A stretch of 64,000 bases of DNA from Squalus acanthias (Eukaryota), in the NCBI GenBank assembly GCA_030390025.1, contig CM059431.1, positions 139,068,001-139,132,000 on the forward strand. Reading direction: 5' to 3'. The notes below the pieces were generated by a model that worked only from the letters and a program-made list of their open reading frames with translations, did not search any database and had not been told where the DNA came from. The translations under genes were made by a program, and so were the position numbers. This document shows, piece by piece, positions 10,941-24,460 of this stretch; position 1 is the first letter of the stretch, and every line of letters begins with the position of its first letter.

Positions 10941-13900
10941 AAAGCTAGAAGCTTTGAAGGTCCAAAGCTAGAAACAGTGAAGGTCCAAAGCTAGAAACAG
11001 TGAAGGTCGAAAGCTAGAATCAGTGAAGGTCCAAAGCTAGAAAGTGGAGTTCCAAAGCTAGAAACAGGTGAACATCCAAAAATTTAGAAAAAGTGAAGGT
11101 ACCAAAGCTAGAAACAGTGTAGGTCCAAAGCTAGAAAAGTGAATGTTCAAAGCTAGAAATGGTGGAGGTCCAAATCTACAAAACAGTGTGGTCCAAAGCT
11201 AGAAACAGTGAAGGCCCAAAGCTAAAAAGTGAGTTCCAAAGCTAGAAAGAGTGGAGATCCAAAGCTAGAAACAGTGAAGGTCCAAAGCTAGAAAACAGTG
11301 ATGGTGCAAAGCTAGAAACATGTGAAGGTCCAAAGCTAGAAAGAGTGGAGATCCAAAGCTAGAAACAGTGAAGGTCCAAAGCTGGAAACAGTGAAGTTCC
11401 AAAGCTAGAAACAGTGAAGGTCCAAAGCAAGAAACAGTGAAGGTCCAAAGCTAGAAATAGAGAAGGTCCAAAGCTAGAAACAGTGAAGGTCCAAAGCTAC
11501 AATCATTGGAGGTCCAAAGCTAGAAACAGTGAAGATCCAAAGTTAGAAAAAGTGAAGGTCCAAAGCTAGAAACAGTGTAGGTCCAAAGCTAGAAACAGTG
11601 AATGTTCAAAGCTAGAAATGGTGGAGGTCCAAAGCTAGAAACAGTGAAGGTCCAAAGCTAGAAACAGTGTAGGTCCAAAGCTAGAAACAGTGTGGGTCCA
11701 AAGCTAGAAAAAGTGAATGTTCAAAGCTAGAAACTGTGGAGGTCGAAAGCTAGAAACAGTGAAGGTCCAAAGCTAGAAGCAGTGGAGGTTCAATGCTAGA
11801 AACAGTGAAGGTCCAAAGCTAGAAACAGTGTTGGTACAAAGCTAGAAACAGTAGAGTTCCAAATCTAGAAACAGTGGAGGTCCTAATTTGGAAAATGTGG
11901 AGGTCCAAAGCTAAAGAGAGTGAAGGTCCGAAGTTAGAAACAGTGGAGGTCCAAAGCTGGAAACAATGAAGATCCAAAGCTAGAAACAGTGGAGGTCCAA
12001 AGTTAGAAACAGTGGAGGTCCAAAGCTAGAAACAGTGAAGATCCAAAGCTAGAAACAGTGAAGTTCCAAAGCTGGAAACAGTGAAGGTCCAAAGAACGAA
12101 AAAGTGGCGATCCAAAGCTAGAAACTATGAAGGTCCAAATCTAGACACTGTGGAGGTCCAAAGCTAGAGTCAGTGAAGGTACAAATCTAGAAACAGTGAA
12201 GTTCCAAAGCGAGAAAGAGTGGTGGTCCAAAGCTAGAAACAGTGGTGGTCCAAAGCGAGAAAGAGTGGAGATCCACAGCTGGAAACAGTGGAAGTCTAAA
12301 GCTAGAAACAGTGAAGTTCCAAAGCTAGAAACAGTGAAGGTCCAAAGCTAGAAACAGTGAAGGTCCAAAGCTGGAAACAGTGAAGATCCAAAGCAAGAAA
12401 TAGCGGGGGTCCAAAGCTAGGAACAGTGAAGGTCCAATGCTAGAAATAGTGAAGTTCCAATTCTAGAAATAGCGGAGGTCCAAAGCTAGAAACAGCGAAG
12501 TTCCAAAGTTCAAACTGTGGAGGTCCAAAACTAGAAAGAGTGAAGGTCCAAACCTAGAAAAAATGGAGGTCCAAAGCTAGAAACAGTGAAGGTCCAAAGC
12601 TAAAAACAGTGAAGATCCAAATCTAGAAACAGAGGTGGTCAAAAGTTGGCAACAGCGAAGGTCCAAAGCTAGAAACAGTTGAGATCCAAAGCTAGAAACA
12701 GTGGCGGTCCAAAGCTAGAAACAGTGAAGGTCCAAAGCTAGAAAGAGTGGAGGTCCAAAGCTCGAAACAGTGAAGTTCCAAAGTTAGAAACAGTGAAGGT
12801 CCAAACTAGAATCAGTGTTGGTACAAAGCTAGTAACAGTGAGGGCCAAAGCTCGAAATAGTGAAGGTCCAAAGCTGGAAACAGTGAATGTTCAAAGTTAG
12901 AAACAGTGAAGGTCCTAAGCTAGAAACAGTGAAGGTGCAAAGCTAGAAACAGTGTTGGTCCAAAGCTAGAAACAGTGGAGGTCCAAAGCTAGAAACAGTG
13001 TAGGTCCAAAGCTAGAAACAGTGAATGTTCAAAGCTAGAAATGGTGGAGGTCCAAAGCTACAAACAGTGGTGGTCCAAAGCTAGAAACAGTGAAGGCCCA
13101 AAGCTAGAAACAGTGGAGTTCCAAAGCTAGAAAGAGTGGAGATCCAAAGCTAGAAACAGTGAAGGTCCAAAGCTAGAAACAGTGATGGTGCAAAGCTAGA
13201 AACAGTGAAGGTCCAAAGCTAGAAAGAGTGGAGATGCAAAGCTAGAAACAGTGAAGGTCCAAAGCTAGAAACAGTGAAGTTCCAAAGCTAGAAACAGTGA
13301 AGGTCCAAAGCAAGAAACAGTGAAGGTCCAAAGCTAGAAACAGTGAAGGTCCAAAGCTAGAAACAGTGAAGGTCCAAAGCTACAAACAGTGGAGGTCCAA
13401 AGCTAGAAACAGTGAAGATCCAAGTTAGAAAAAGTGAAGGTCCAAAGCTAGAAACAGTGTAGGTCCAAAGCTAGAAACAGTGAATGTTCAAAGCTAGAAA
13501 TGGTGGAGGTCCAAAGCTAGAAACAGTGAAGGTCCAAAGCTAGAAACAGTGTAGGTCCAAAGCTAGAAACAGTGTTGGTCCAAAGCTAGAAAAAGTGAAT
13601 GTTCAAAGCTAGAAATGGTGGAGGTCGAAAGCTAGAAACAGTGAAGGTCCAAAGCTAGAAGCAGTGGAGGTTCAATGCTAGAAACAGTGAAGGTCCAAAG
13701 CTAGAAACAGTGTTGGTACAAAGCTAGAAACAGTAGAGTTCCAAATCTAGAAACAGTGGAGGTCCTAATTTGGAAAATGTGGAGGTCCAAAGCTAAAGGG
13801 AGTGAAGGTCCGAAGTTAGAAACAGTGGAGGTCCAAAGCTGGAAACAATGAAGATCCAAAGCTAGAAACAGTGGAGGTCCAAAGTTAGCAACAGTGGAGG

Positions 13901-16900
13901 TCCAAAGCTAGAAACAGTGAAGATCCAAAGCTAGAAACAGTGAAGGTCCAAAGAACGAAAAAGTGGCGATCCAAAGCTAGAAACTATGAAGGTCCAAATC
14001 TAGACACTGTGGAGGTCCAAAGCTAGAGTCAGTGAAGGTACAAATCTAGAAACAGTGAAGTTCCAAAGCGAGAAAGAGTGGTGTTCCAAAGCTAGAAACA
14101 GTGGTGGTCCAAAGCGAGAAAGAGTGGAGATCCATAGCTGGAAACAGTGGAAGTTTAAAGCTAGAAACAGTGAAGTTCCAAAGCTAGAAACAGTGAAGGT
14201 CCAAAGCTAGAAACAGTGAAGGTCCAAAGCTGGAAACAGTGAAGATCCAAAGCAAGAAATAGCGGGGGTCCAAAGCTAGGAACAGTGAAGGTCCAATGCT
14301 AGAAATAGTGAAGTTCCAATTCTAGAAATAGCGGAGGTCCAAAGCTAGAAACAGCGAAGTTCCAAAGTTCAAACTGTGGAGGTCCAAAACTAGAAAGAGT
14401 GAAGGTCCAAACCTAGAAAAAATGGAGGTCCAAAGCTAGAAACAGTGAAGGTCCAAAGCTAAAAACAGTGAAGATCCAAATCTAGAAACAGAGGTGGTCA
14501 AAAGTTGGCAACAGCGAAGGTCCAAAGCTAGAAACAGTTGAGATCCAAAGCTAGAAACAGTGGCGGTCCAAAGCTAGAAACAGTGAAGGTCCAAAGCTAG
14601 AAAGAGTGGAGGTCCAAAGCTCGAAACAGTGAAGTTCCAAAGTTAGAAACAGTGAAGGTCCAAAGCTAGAATCAGTGTTGGTCCAAAGCTAGTAACAGTG
14701 AGGGCCAAAGCTCGAAATAGTGAAGGTCCAAAGCTGGAAACAGTGAATGTTCAAAGTTAGAAACAGTGAAGGTCCTAAGCTAGAAACAGTGAAGGTCCAA
14801 AGCTAGAAACAGTGTTGGTCCAAAGCTAGAAACAGTGGAGGTCCAAAGCTAGAAACAGTGAAGGTCCAAAGATAGAAACAGTGAAGGTCGAAAGCTAGAA
14901 ACAGTGGAGGTCCAAAGCTAGAAACAGTGGAGGTCCAAAGCTAGAAATAGTGAAGGTCGAAAGCTAGAAACAGTGGAGGTCCAAAGCTAGAAACAGTGGA
15001 GGTCAAAAGCAAGAAACATTGGAGGTCCAAAGGTAAAAAGAGTAGAGATCCAAAGCTAAAAGCAGCGGAGGTCCAAAGCAAGATACATTGAATGTGCAAA
15101 GGTAGAGACAGTGAAGGTCCAAAGCGAGAGGCAGTGGAGTTCCAAATCTAGAAACAGTGAAAGTCCAAAGCTAGAAACAGTGAAGGTACAAAGCTAGAAA
15201 AAGTGAAGGTTCAAAGTAAGAAACAACTGAGATCCAAAGAAGAGACAGTGAAAGTCCAAAGCTAAATAGAATTGAGCTCCAAAGCTAGAAACAGTGGAAG
15301 TCCGAATCTAGAAACAGTGGAGGTCCAAAGCTAGAAACAGTGGAGGTCCAAAGCTACAAACAGTGGAGGACCAAAGCTAGATACAGTGAAGGTCCAAAAC
15401 TAGAGACAGTGAAGGTCCAAAGCTAGAAACAGTGACGGTCCAAAGCTAGAAACAGTGAAGGTCGAAAGTAAGAAACAATTGAGATCCAAAACTAGAATCT
15501 CTGATGGTCCAAAGCTAGACACAGTGAAGGTCAAAGCTAGAAACAGTGGAGGTCCGAAGCTAGAATAGTGAAGTTCCCAATTTAGAAACAGTGGAGGTCC
15601 GAAGCTAGAATAGTGAAGTTCCCAATTTAGAAACAGTGGAGGTCCAAAGCTAGAAATAGTGAAGTTCCCAATTTAGAAACAGTTGAGGTCTAAAGCTAGA
15701 AACAGTGGAGATCCAAAGCTAGACACATTGAAGGTCCAAAGCTAGAAACAATGGAGGTCCAGAGCTAGAAACAGTGGAGGTCCAAAGCTAGAAACAGTGA
15801 AGGTCCAAAGTTAGAAACAATGAAGGTCCAAAGCTAGAAACAGTGAAGGTCCAAAGCTAGAAACAGTGTTGGTCCAAAGCTAGAAACAGTAGAGGTTCAA
15901 AGCTAGAAAAAGTGGAGGTCCAAAGCTAGAAACAGTGGTGTTCCGAAGCTAGAAATAGTGAAGTTCCCAATCTAGAAACAGTGGAGGTCCAAAGCTAGAA
16001 ATAGTGAAGCTCTCAATCTAGAAACAGGGCGGTCCAAAGCTAGAAATAGTGAAGTTCCAAATCTTGACACAGTGAAGGTCAAAGCTAGAATCAGTGGAGG
16101 TACGAAGCTAGAAATAGTTAATTTCCAAATCTAGAAACAATGGAGGTCCAAAGCTAGAAATAGTGAAGTTCCCAATCTAGGAACAGTGGAGGTCAAAAGC
16201 TAGAAACAGTGGAGATCCAAAGCTAGACACATTGAAGGTCCAAAGCTAGAAACAATGGAGGTGCAAAGCTAGAAACAGTGAAGGTCCAAATCTAGAAACA
16301 GTGGATGGTCGAAAGCTAGAAACAGTGGAAGTCCAAACCTAGAAACAGTGAAGGTCCAAAGCGAGAAACAGTGAAGATACTAAGCTAGAAACATTGCAGT
16401 TCCAAAGCTAGAAACAGTAAAGGTCCAAAGCTAGAAACAGAAAAGGTCCAAAGCTAGAAACAGTGAAGGTCCAAATCCAGAAACAAAGGATGTCCAAAGC
16501 TAGCAATAGCGGTTGTCCTAAGCTAGAAACAGTGGAGGTCCAAAGCTAGAAATAGTGAAGTTCCCAATCTAGAAAGAGAGGAGGTCTAAAGCTAGTAACA
16601 GTGAAGGTCCAAAGCGAGAAACAGTGGAGGTCCAAAGCTAGAAACAGTGTAGGTCCAAAGCTAGAAACAGTGAAGGTCCAAATCCAGAAACAAAGGATGT
16701 CCAAAGCTAGAAATAGCGGTTGTCCAAAGCTAGAAACAGTGGAGTCCAAAGCTAGAAACAGTGGAGGTCCAACACTAGAAACAGTGAAGGTCCATAGTTA
16801 GAAACAGTGGAGGTCCAAAGCTAGAAACAGTGAAGGTCCAAAGCGAGAAACAGTGAAGGTCCAAAGCGAGAAACAGTGAAGATACAAAGCTCGAAACATT

Positions 16901-19160
16901 GACGTTCCAAAGCTAGAAACAGTGAAGGTCCAAACCTAGAAACAGTGGAGATCCAAAGATGGAAAAAGCGATGTTGCAAAGCGAGAAACGGGTGAGATCC
17001 AAAGCTCGAAACAGTGGAGGTCCAAAGCTAGAAACAGTGAAGGTCCAAAGCTAAAACAATGTTGGTGCAAAGCTAGAAACAGTTTTGGTGCAAAGCTAGA
17101 AACAGTGTTGGTCCAAAGCTAGAAACAGTGGTGGTCCAAAGCTAGAAACAGTGAAGGTCCAAAGCTAGAAATAGCGGAGGTCCAAAGCTAGAAACAGTGA
17201 AAGTCCAAAGTTGAAAACAGTGGAGGTCCAAAGCTAAAAAGAGTGAAGGTGCAAAAGGAGAAACAGTCATGGTCCAAAGCTAGAAACAGTGGAGGTCCAA
17301 AGCTAGAAACATTTAAAGTCCAAAGCTAGAAACAGTGGAGGTCCAAATCTAGAAACAATGAAGGTCCAACGCTAGAAACAGTGGAGATCCAAAGCTAGAA
17401 ACAGTGAACGTCCAAAACTAGTAACAATGAAGGTCGAAAGCGTGAAAGAGTGGAGCTCTAAAGCTAGAAAGAAAGGAGCTCCAAAGCTAGAAACATAGGA
17501 GGTCCAAAACTAGAAAGCGTGGAGATCCTAAGCTAGAAACAGTGAAGGTCCAAAGACTGAAACAGTGGAGATCCAAAGCTAGAGAAAGTGAAGGGCCAAA
17601 GCTAGAAACAGTGAAGGTCCAAAGCTAGAAACAGTGTAGGTCCAAAGCTATAAACAGTGTAGGTTCGAAGCTAGAAATAGTGAAGTTCCCAATCTGGAAA
17701 CAGTGGTGGTCCAAAGCTAGAAATGGTGAAGTTCCCAATCTAGAAACAGTGGAGATCCAAAGCTAGGAATAGTGACGTTCCCAATCTAGAAACTGTGGAG
17801 GTCCAAAGCTAGAAACACTGGAAGTTCCAATCTAGAAACAGTGGAAGGTCGAAAGGTAGAAACAGTGGAGTTCCGAAGCTAGAAATAGTGAAGTTCCCAA
17901 TCTTGAACATTGGCGGTCCAAAGCTGAAAGAGTGAAGTTCCCAATCTAGAAACAGTGAAGTTCCAAAGCTGGAAACAGTGAAGGTCCAAAGAACGAAACA
18001 GTGGAGATCCAAAGCTAGGAAACTGTGGAAGGTCCAAATCTAGACACAGTGGAGGTCCAAAGCTAGAGACAGTGAAGGTCCAAATCTAGAAACAGTGAAG
18101 GTCCAAAGCGAGCAAGAGTGGTGGTCCAAAGCGAGAAAGAGTGGTGGTCCAAAGCTAGAAACAGTGGTGGCCCAAAGCGAGAAAGAGTGGAGATCCAAAG
18201 ATAGAAACAGTGAAGTTCCCAATCTAGTAACAGTGGAGGTCCAAAGCTAGAAATACGAAGTTCCCAAGCTAGGAACAGTGGAGTTCCAGAGCTAGAAATA
18301 GTGAAGTTCCCAATCTAGAAACAGTGGAGGTCCAAAGCTAGAAGTAGTGAAGTTCCAAATCTAGACAGAGTGAAGGTCAAAGCAAGAAACAGTGGAGTAC
18401 CGAATCTAGAAATAGTGAAGTTCCCAATCTAGAAACAGTGGAGGTCCAAAGCTAGAAATAGTGAAGTTCCCAATCTAGAAAGAGAGGAGGTCTAAAGCTA
18501 GTAACAGTGAAGGTCCAAAGCTAGAAACAGTGGAGGTCCAAAGCTAGAAACAGTGTAGGTCCAAAGCTAGAAACAGTGAAGGTCCAAATCCAGAAACAAA
18601 GGATGTCCAAAGCTAGAAATAGCGGTTGTCCAAAGCTAGAAACAGTGGAGTCAAAAGCTAGAAACAGTGGAGGTCCAACACTAAAACAGTGAAGGTCCAT
18701 AGTTAGAAACAGTGGAGGTCCAAAGCTAGAAACAGTGAAGGTCCAAAGCGAGAAACAGTGAAGGTCCAAAGCGAGAAACAGTGAAGATACAAAGCTAGAA
18801 ACATTGACGTTCCAAAGCTAGAAACAGTAAAGGTCCAAAGCTAGAAACAGAAAAGGTGCAAAGCTAGAAACAGTGAAGGTCCAAATCCAGAAACAAAGGA
18901 TGTCCAAAGCTAGAAATAGCGGTTGTCCAAAGCTAGAAACAGTGGAGTCCAAAGCTAGAAACAGTGGAGGTCCAACACTAGAAACAGTGAAGGTCCATAG
19001 CTAGAAACAGTGGAGGTCCAAAGCTAGAAACAGTGAAGGTCCAAAGCGAGAAACAGTGAAGATCCAAAGCAGAAACATTGACGTTCCAAAGCTAGAAACA
19101 GTGAAGGTCCAAACCTAGAAACAGTGGAGATCCAAAGCTAGAAAAAGCGATGGTGCAAAA
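10941..19160. repeat. 23-bp satellite array (aaagctagaaacagtg[a/g]aggtcc), about 8.2 kb, with higher-order blocks
   Basis: The monomer recurs every 23 nt (10941, 10964, ...). Diagnostic variants repeat at about 1.86-1.9 kb offsets. Confidence 0.98.
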
Positions 19161-20690
19161 AATAATTTCTGAAGGAAAATATCCTTTGTTACCTAGTTCA
19201 TATCATATGAAGTACTACACAAATACACGGCGATTTCGCTACATTAACACTATAGTTGATTTTTCATGTCCTTAACTTCTGCTGCGGATCGTGATTCTGA
19301 TTCCAGAGAGTCTGGGTAAATTAGCGTTGTGGATGCTGCAGGTTAATGAACACACCCTGAGTAAAGATCAGTTACACATCACAGTCCATAAACAAGACAT
19401 TCATGATGATCAGTACAATCCCTCCCCGCCCTGTACTCTGGTGCAGAGCTCGATCAGAATCACACACGGTCTCATTCAAATTGCAACCGTTCTGATAAAT
19501 TACTGACGCTTTAACCAAAGTCATTAATCCTCTGCTTTGTAACAATGGCTACATTTCCCCACAGCTCTTCCATCTGCGGTTCAGAAGACCCCGCAGTGAA
19601 ACCCGTGTTCTGTAGCGGGAATAAGTTTCTTGTCCTCAATTAAATTTCATTATTCACCATAAAAACCAGTTTATTATCGGAGCAAGAAAAGGGCAAAGTG
19701 CGCAAGCGACAAAGTTCGCTGACTAAATTTAACGGAAAATAGTCTCTCATCAATGAGTAAACAGTCTGGGCTTGATCAGGCTGTTTACACCCATGAATAT
19801 CAAGCTCCGGCTTCCAGTAACTGGAACTGACTCAGCCAATGTGTGCGGTAAACAAGTGATATTTCTGCTTCACCGCCTGTTAACTTTTAGTGGTCGTGAT
19901 TCATTTTCACATTTTCTTTTAATCTTTCTTTTAACAATTTGGCAGGCGGATTAATATTATTATGAGATGGGAAAATCTGAAGATTCAATTAATTTCCCAT
20001 TAGCAGTTGTATTTATTATAAATATTGACATTTCGCACTACCTCTTGCGATTACTCAGTATCTCAATGATCTTCCTGCTTATCTGTGCTGTCGCTCCCAG
20101 TCTGTTACCGGCCCCCCCCTTGCTCCGTGCCTGAAATTCGTGAAATTAACCTTTCTGCTGCCCCAAAGGTGCTGTTCCTGGTCTTTAATGTTGTTTCCTT
20201 CCCGCACCGGTTCCATTATGTATTTCCGCTGTTTCCATTCCTATCAGCTCTGACTCTGTCCTAACTTCCCTTCCTGCAACAGAGAACAGGGCGGGGAGAG
20301 ATTGTAATAATCAGGCTGTAGGATGCACTTTCCATCCCACCTGCTCCATGCCTGAATGTCCCCCCGCATCTGTCTTTGCCTCCTGCTCTACAACCTTCCT
20401 CCACCTCTAACATCTGCCGCTAACCCTTTATTGTTCCCTATCTGCTGCAATCCTAATTTTACCCTTGGCCTTCCTTTCCTCCTGCTCCGTGCCCGATCCA
20501 CTCACAGCTGTTCGCCCTCCAGCTCTATATCTGACTCTCCCTCTCCTTTCCTTTCCACCTACCCCATGCCTGATTGCCTTCCCTGCTCATTTCCCATCCT
20601 GCTGCATGTCTGATTCTCCATCCACCGCAAAACTATATATCAAAGCTATTCGACGTACTCTGGCGTCACAATCAGTCTACGTACAATCCA
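19160..20690. repeat. Copy 1 of a diverged ~1.5-kb duplicated non-TE segment
   Basis: Colinear with 22915-24460, for example gcaggttaatgaacacaccctg.gtaaagatcagttacacatcaca and ccatctgcggttcagaagacc. Confidence 0.85.
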
Positions 20691-21234
20691 AAAGCTCATC
20701 CAATGTTATCTTCACCGAATGTTGTTACAAGTTCGAGAAATGCTGCCTACCGTAATGAAGTAGCTTTGCCCAGCGGGCTAATGTTTTCGTACATATTCCT
20801 TTCTGGTTCGTCACTCATCTCCATGCGAAGAATTCCACTTGTCTATTTCATAGTTTTCAGTAGGTTTAGGGTCTCAATCTAAACCCGTTCAGTTCCTCCC
20901 TCCATCTTGATTCCCCGAGCGGAGGCAATAGTTGCTCTCTATCTACCCTATCGAAACTTTTTAACATGTTAAACACCTCGGTCAGAGCGCCACTCCAATT
21001 TTCTATACTCAAGCGAATAATAAACCAACTTTAATGCAAGCTGTCAATCTGAGTGCAAGCCCAATGATCCCCCACTGTGTCTCCTTCCTCCTATAATGTT
21101 AAACCCAAGTCAAAAGGCTTGCCTCCATTTTAATGCTCTCTCATTTGCGAATACCTTTGTATGGAACCTTATCGAATGCCTTCTGACAGTCTACATCGGT
21201 AACATCCATAGGCAACTCATTTGTCTACCTTATA

Positions 21235-21550
21235 AGACGTTAAAAACGAGGCCCCGTCTGCTCTCTCAGGTGGACCTAAAGATCCATGGCACTATTTCGA
21301 AGAAGAGCAGTGGAGTTATCCTCCGGTGTCCTGGCCAATATTTATCCCTCAATCACATAACAAAAAAGATTATCTGGTCATAATCACATTGCTGTTAGTG
21401 GGAGCTTGTTGTGCGCAATATTGGCTGCCGCATTTCCACGTTACAACAGTGACTCCACTTCAAAAATACTTCATTGAGTGTAAAGCGTTTTGAAAACGTC
21501 TGGTGGTCGTGAAAGGCGCTATATAAATACAAGTCTTTCTTTCTTTTTAT
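21235..21550 (+). mobile_element. Deu-domain-type SINE (SacSINE1/AmnSINE-like) 3' part
   Basis: ggtgtcctggccaatatttatccc core and a gtgaaaggcgctatataaatacaagtctttc tail; family recognised from memory. Confidence 0.55.
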
Positions 21551-21559
21551 AAGTGATAG

Positions 21560-22400
21560 CCTCAAAATATTCAACTAGATTAGTCAGACATGGATTACCT
21601 TTAATAAAGCCATGCAGGTCCTCCCTGATCAGCGATCTTTTTGCTCAAATGCTCCGTCAATCTATCCTTAATGAACGATTCCAGTAGCTTCCCCTCAACC
21701 GGCGTTAAACTGACATACATATAGTTACCCAATTTTTCTATCTCACCCATCTTAAATACGAGTGACGATAGCAATTTCCAGTCAAATGGCACCTTCCAGA
21801 ATCAAGAAAGCTGTGAAAGATTCTAACTCGTGCTTCGGCAGTTTTCCACCCTACTTCTTTTAATACGCTTGGGTACAAATCATTGGGTCCTAGAGTTGTA
21901 TCTATCCTAAGTCCCATTATTTTATCCATCAACATTTTTACTATTCTGAATACAGGAAGTTCCTCCACTTGATTTAATTTTAGTTTCCCTCTATCACTGA
22001 TACTTTGTCCTTTTCAGCTACTGTGAAAATGGATAAAAAGAATTCGTTAAATAAATCTGCTGTTACCTTGTTAGCTATTACCGTATCATCATTGTCTGTC
22101 ATTAATGGGCCCCACATCTGCCTCAGACACTCTCTTAATCTTATATATGTACACAATTGTTTTACGATTAGCATTAATATTACTTGCAATGTTTTGTTCT
22201 ATTTCCATTTTCAGCTCTTAATATTTTCTTTGTGTCCTTTGTCGTTTTCTATATTTCTCCCAGTCTTCTGGATTAACGCTTTTCTTGGTATTAGCGTGAG
22301 TCACTTCCTTTGACATTTTACTGCTTCTCACCTCAAAACGCTGACCATGGTTGTTGGACTGTACAATTGGAATTCTAGCTCTTTAGGGATAGTTTTGGTT
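21560..22400 (-). mobile_element. Degraded CR1 ORF2 fragment
   Basis: GPNDLYPSVLKE and GNYMYVSLTPVEGKLLES motifs. Confidence 0.8.
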
Positions 22401-22914
22401 GACAGCTATGTCCTATCCTCAAAATTAATATCAGATTGAATCCAGCCCAATTCCCGCCCCACCAGCCCCCTCACAATGATCAGCAAAGTGATGGATGGAC
22501 TCATCGATAGCGCCATCAAACAACAGTCATTCATCAATAACCTGCTCAGAGACGCTCTGTTCCGGTAATGCCTGAAATACTCGGATCCCTACTTGTTCTC
22601 AAATGCAAGAGTTAAATACCAGAGCAGAGGTGACCGTAAATCCCCTCGATAATAAGGTGCTATTTGACTAGTTTTGGCACCAAGGAGCCCGAGGATCCTG
22701 AGGTCAATGTGGGTCAGCGGTAAAGCTCCCGTGGCTGGAAAACTTGGATTTCGGTGATGGTTAATCTGACTGTTTTATGTAGAAGACTCGACCTCATAGC
22801 TGTGTTACAAATGGGAAATATATGTTTTAATACTGTTTTACTGCTGTATAATTTTAGCGTGGGAGTTTCCACTTTGAGGTTTTATTTTCTTAGGTGGCGC
22901 TGCATCCAGTAAGT

Positions 22915-24460
22915 AAATTTCTGAAATAAACTATCCTTTCATACTTTACTCAAAATAGATACTACAGCATTTCAATATCATTGAAAAATTACACAAATAA
23001 ACAAGATGCTGAGTCCACTCCGGTACATTTCAACAGTATAATTGTGCTCAGTACATTCCGGGTCCTTACCTTGTGCTGCGGCTCCTGATTCTGGTTCCAG
23101 AAAGTCTGGGTAAGTTAGCGTTGTGTGTTCTGCAGGTTAATGAACACACCCTGGGTAAAGATCAGTTACACATCACAATCATAAACCAGACCTTTAGCCT
23201 GATCAGTCCAATCCCTCCCCGCCCTGTTTTCTGGTGCAGGGTTCGATCTGAATCACACACGGTTTTATTCGAATTGAATTGTTCTGATGGAATACTGATC
23301 CTTTAACCAAAGTCATTAATATTCGTTTTGACAACAATGACTACGTCTTCCCCCCCCCTCCCGCCACTCCAATCTCCTCCATCTGCGGTTCAGAAGACCC
23401 TGCGGAGAGACTGCGTTCCGTAGCAGGAATCACTTTCGTGTCTCAATTCGATTTGCTGACTCCCCATAAATCCTCTCTATTATCGGAGTATAAAAGGGCA
23501 CAGATAGCAAGGGACAAAGATCACTGTTAGTTTATTGGGATCATACACCAGAGGGAAGGGCACTGTGAACTATTGGAGTTAACACGTTAATGTTTTGGAA
23601 TTACCTTCCTTTTTCTTTGACCCGGTTCTAACTCTGTGTAAATGTAGTTCATTAGGATCCTGGCTCTATTAATCTGGGTATCCGGCTTTTTACAATGTTC
23701 ACCTGATCTTGATTGACATGGAGTTCAGAATTCCCGTCACATGACCAGTTACAGGTTAGTTTTCAATGATGGTCATTTATCAGCAACAAAGAAACGATTA
23801 TAAAATCCGGGAGATGATCTCCAGTTAATTAGTAACAGTCTCGGCCTTGATCAGGTTGTTCACACCCAGGGGTATCAGTCTCCGGGTTTCACATACTGGA
23901 ACTGAATCAGCAAATGTGTTCGGTAAACAAGCGAACCGTCCGTATCATTGGCCAGTTAACTTTTATTGGTGGTGCTGTAAATTTCCATTTAATTTCCTTT
24001 CAAAAAGGGGGCAGCAAATTCAATTCATTATGAGACTGAGTAACTCTGAAAATTAAATCAATTTCCTAATTATAATTTGCATTTAACATAAATAATATAA
24101 ACTTTATAAAATATATCCCGACTCCTCTGGGTCTGATTCCCCTTCCTCCTTCTCCGTGCCGCTCCTTCCGGTGCTTCATCTCTGGTTCCCCACCTATTCT
24201 GTTCCTGATGTTTCCTTCCCTCCCCCACCTGCTACAATCCTAATTCTCCCCTTTGCCTTCCTTTCCTCCTGCATGGTTCCTTATTCAGCCCCTGCATCCG
24301 TTCACCCACCGGCTCTTTATCTGATGCTCCCTGTCTTTCCTTTTCCATCTCCTCTATACCTGATTATCTTCCTTGCTTCCCTCTCCATCTTCATGTCTGA
24401 TTCCCCATTCAGCACAAAGGACACATCAAAGCTATTCAAATTACTCCAGCGTCACACTAA
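22915..24460. repeat. Copy 2 of the duplicated segment; on the minus strand, GC box and CCAAT elements upstream of a splice donor
   Basis: The minus strand reads gggcggggagggattgg (about 23207-23224) and later cacaag|gtaagg at about 23070. Confidence 0.75.

Noticed and set aside
10735..10971. ORF spanning poly-X
   Set aside because: Artefact of the N gap.
10941..19160. CRISPR-like array, or coding ORFs in the 23-bp repeat
   Set aside because: Monomers are contiguous with no unique spacers, the context is eukaryotic with no cas genes, and the ORFs are repeat translations.
23529..23610. Possible V(D)J recombination signal (cactgtg with 22/23-bp spacer) and J segment
   Set aside because: The nonamer matches only about 6/9, the following sequence has a stop and lacks WGxG/FGxG and a donor, and no V or C exons are seen.
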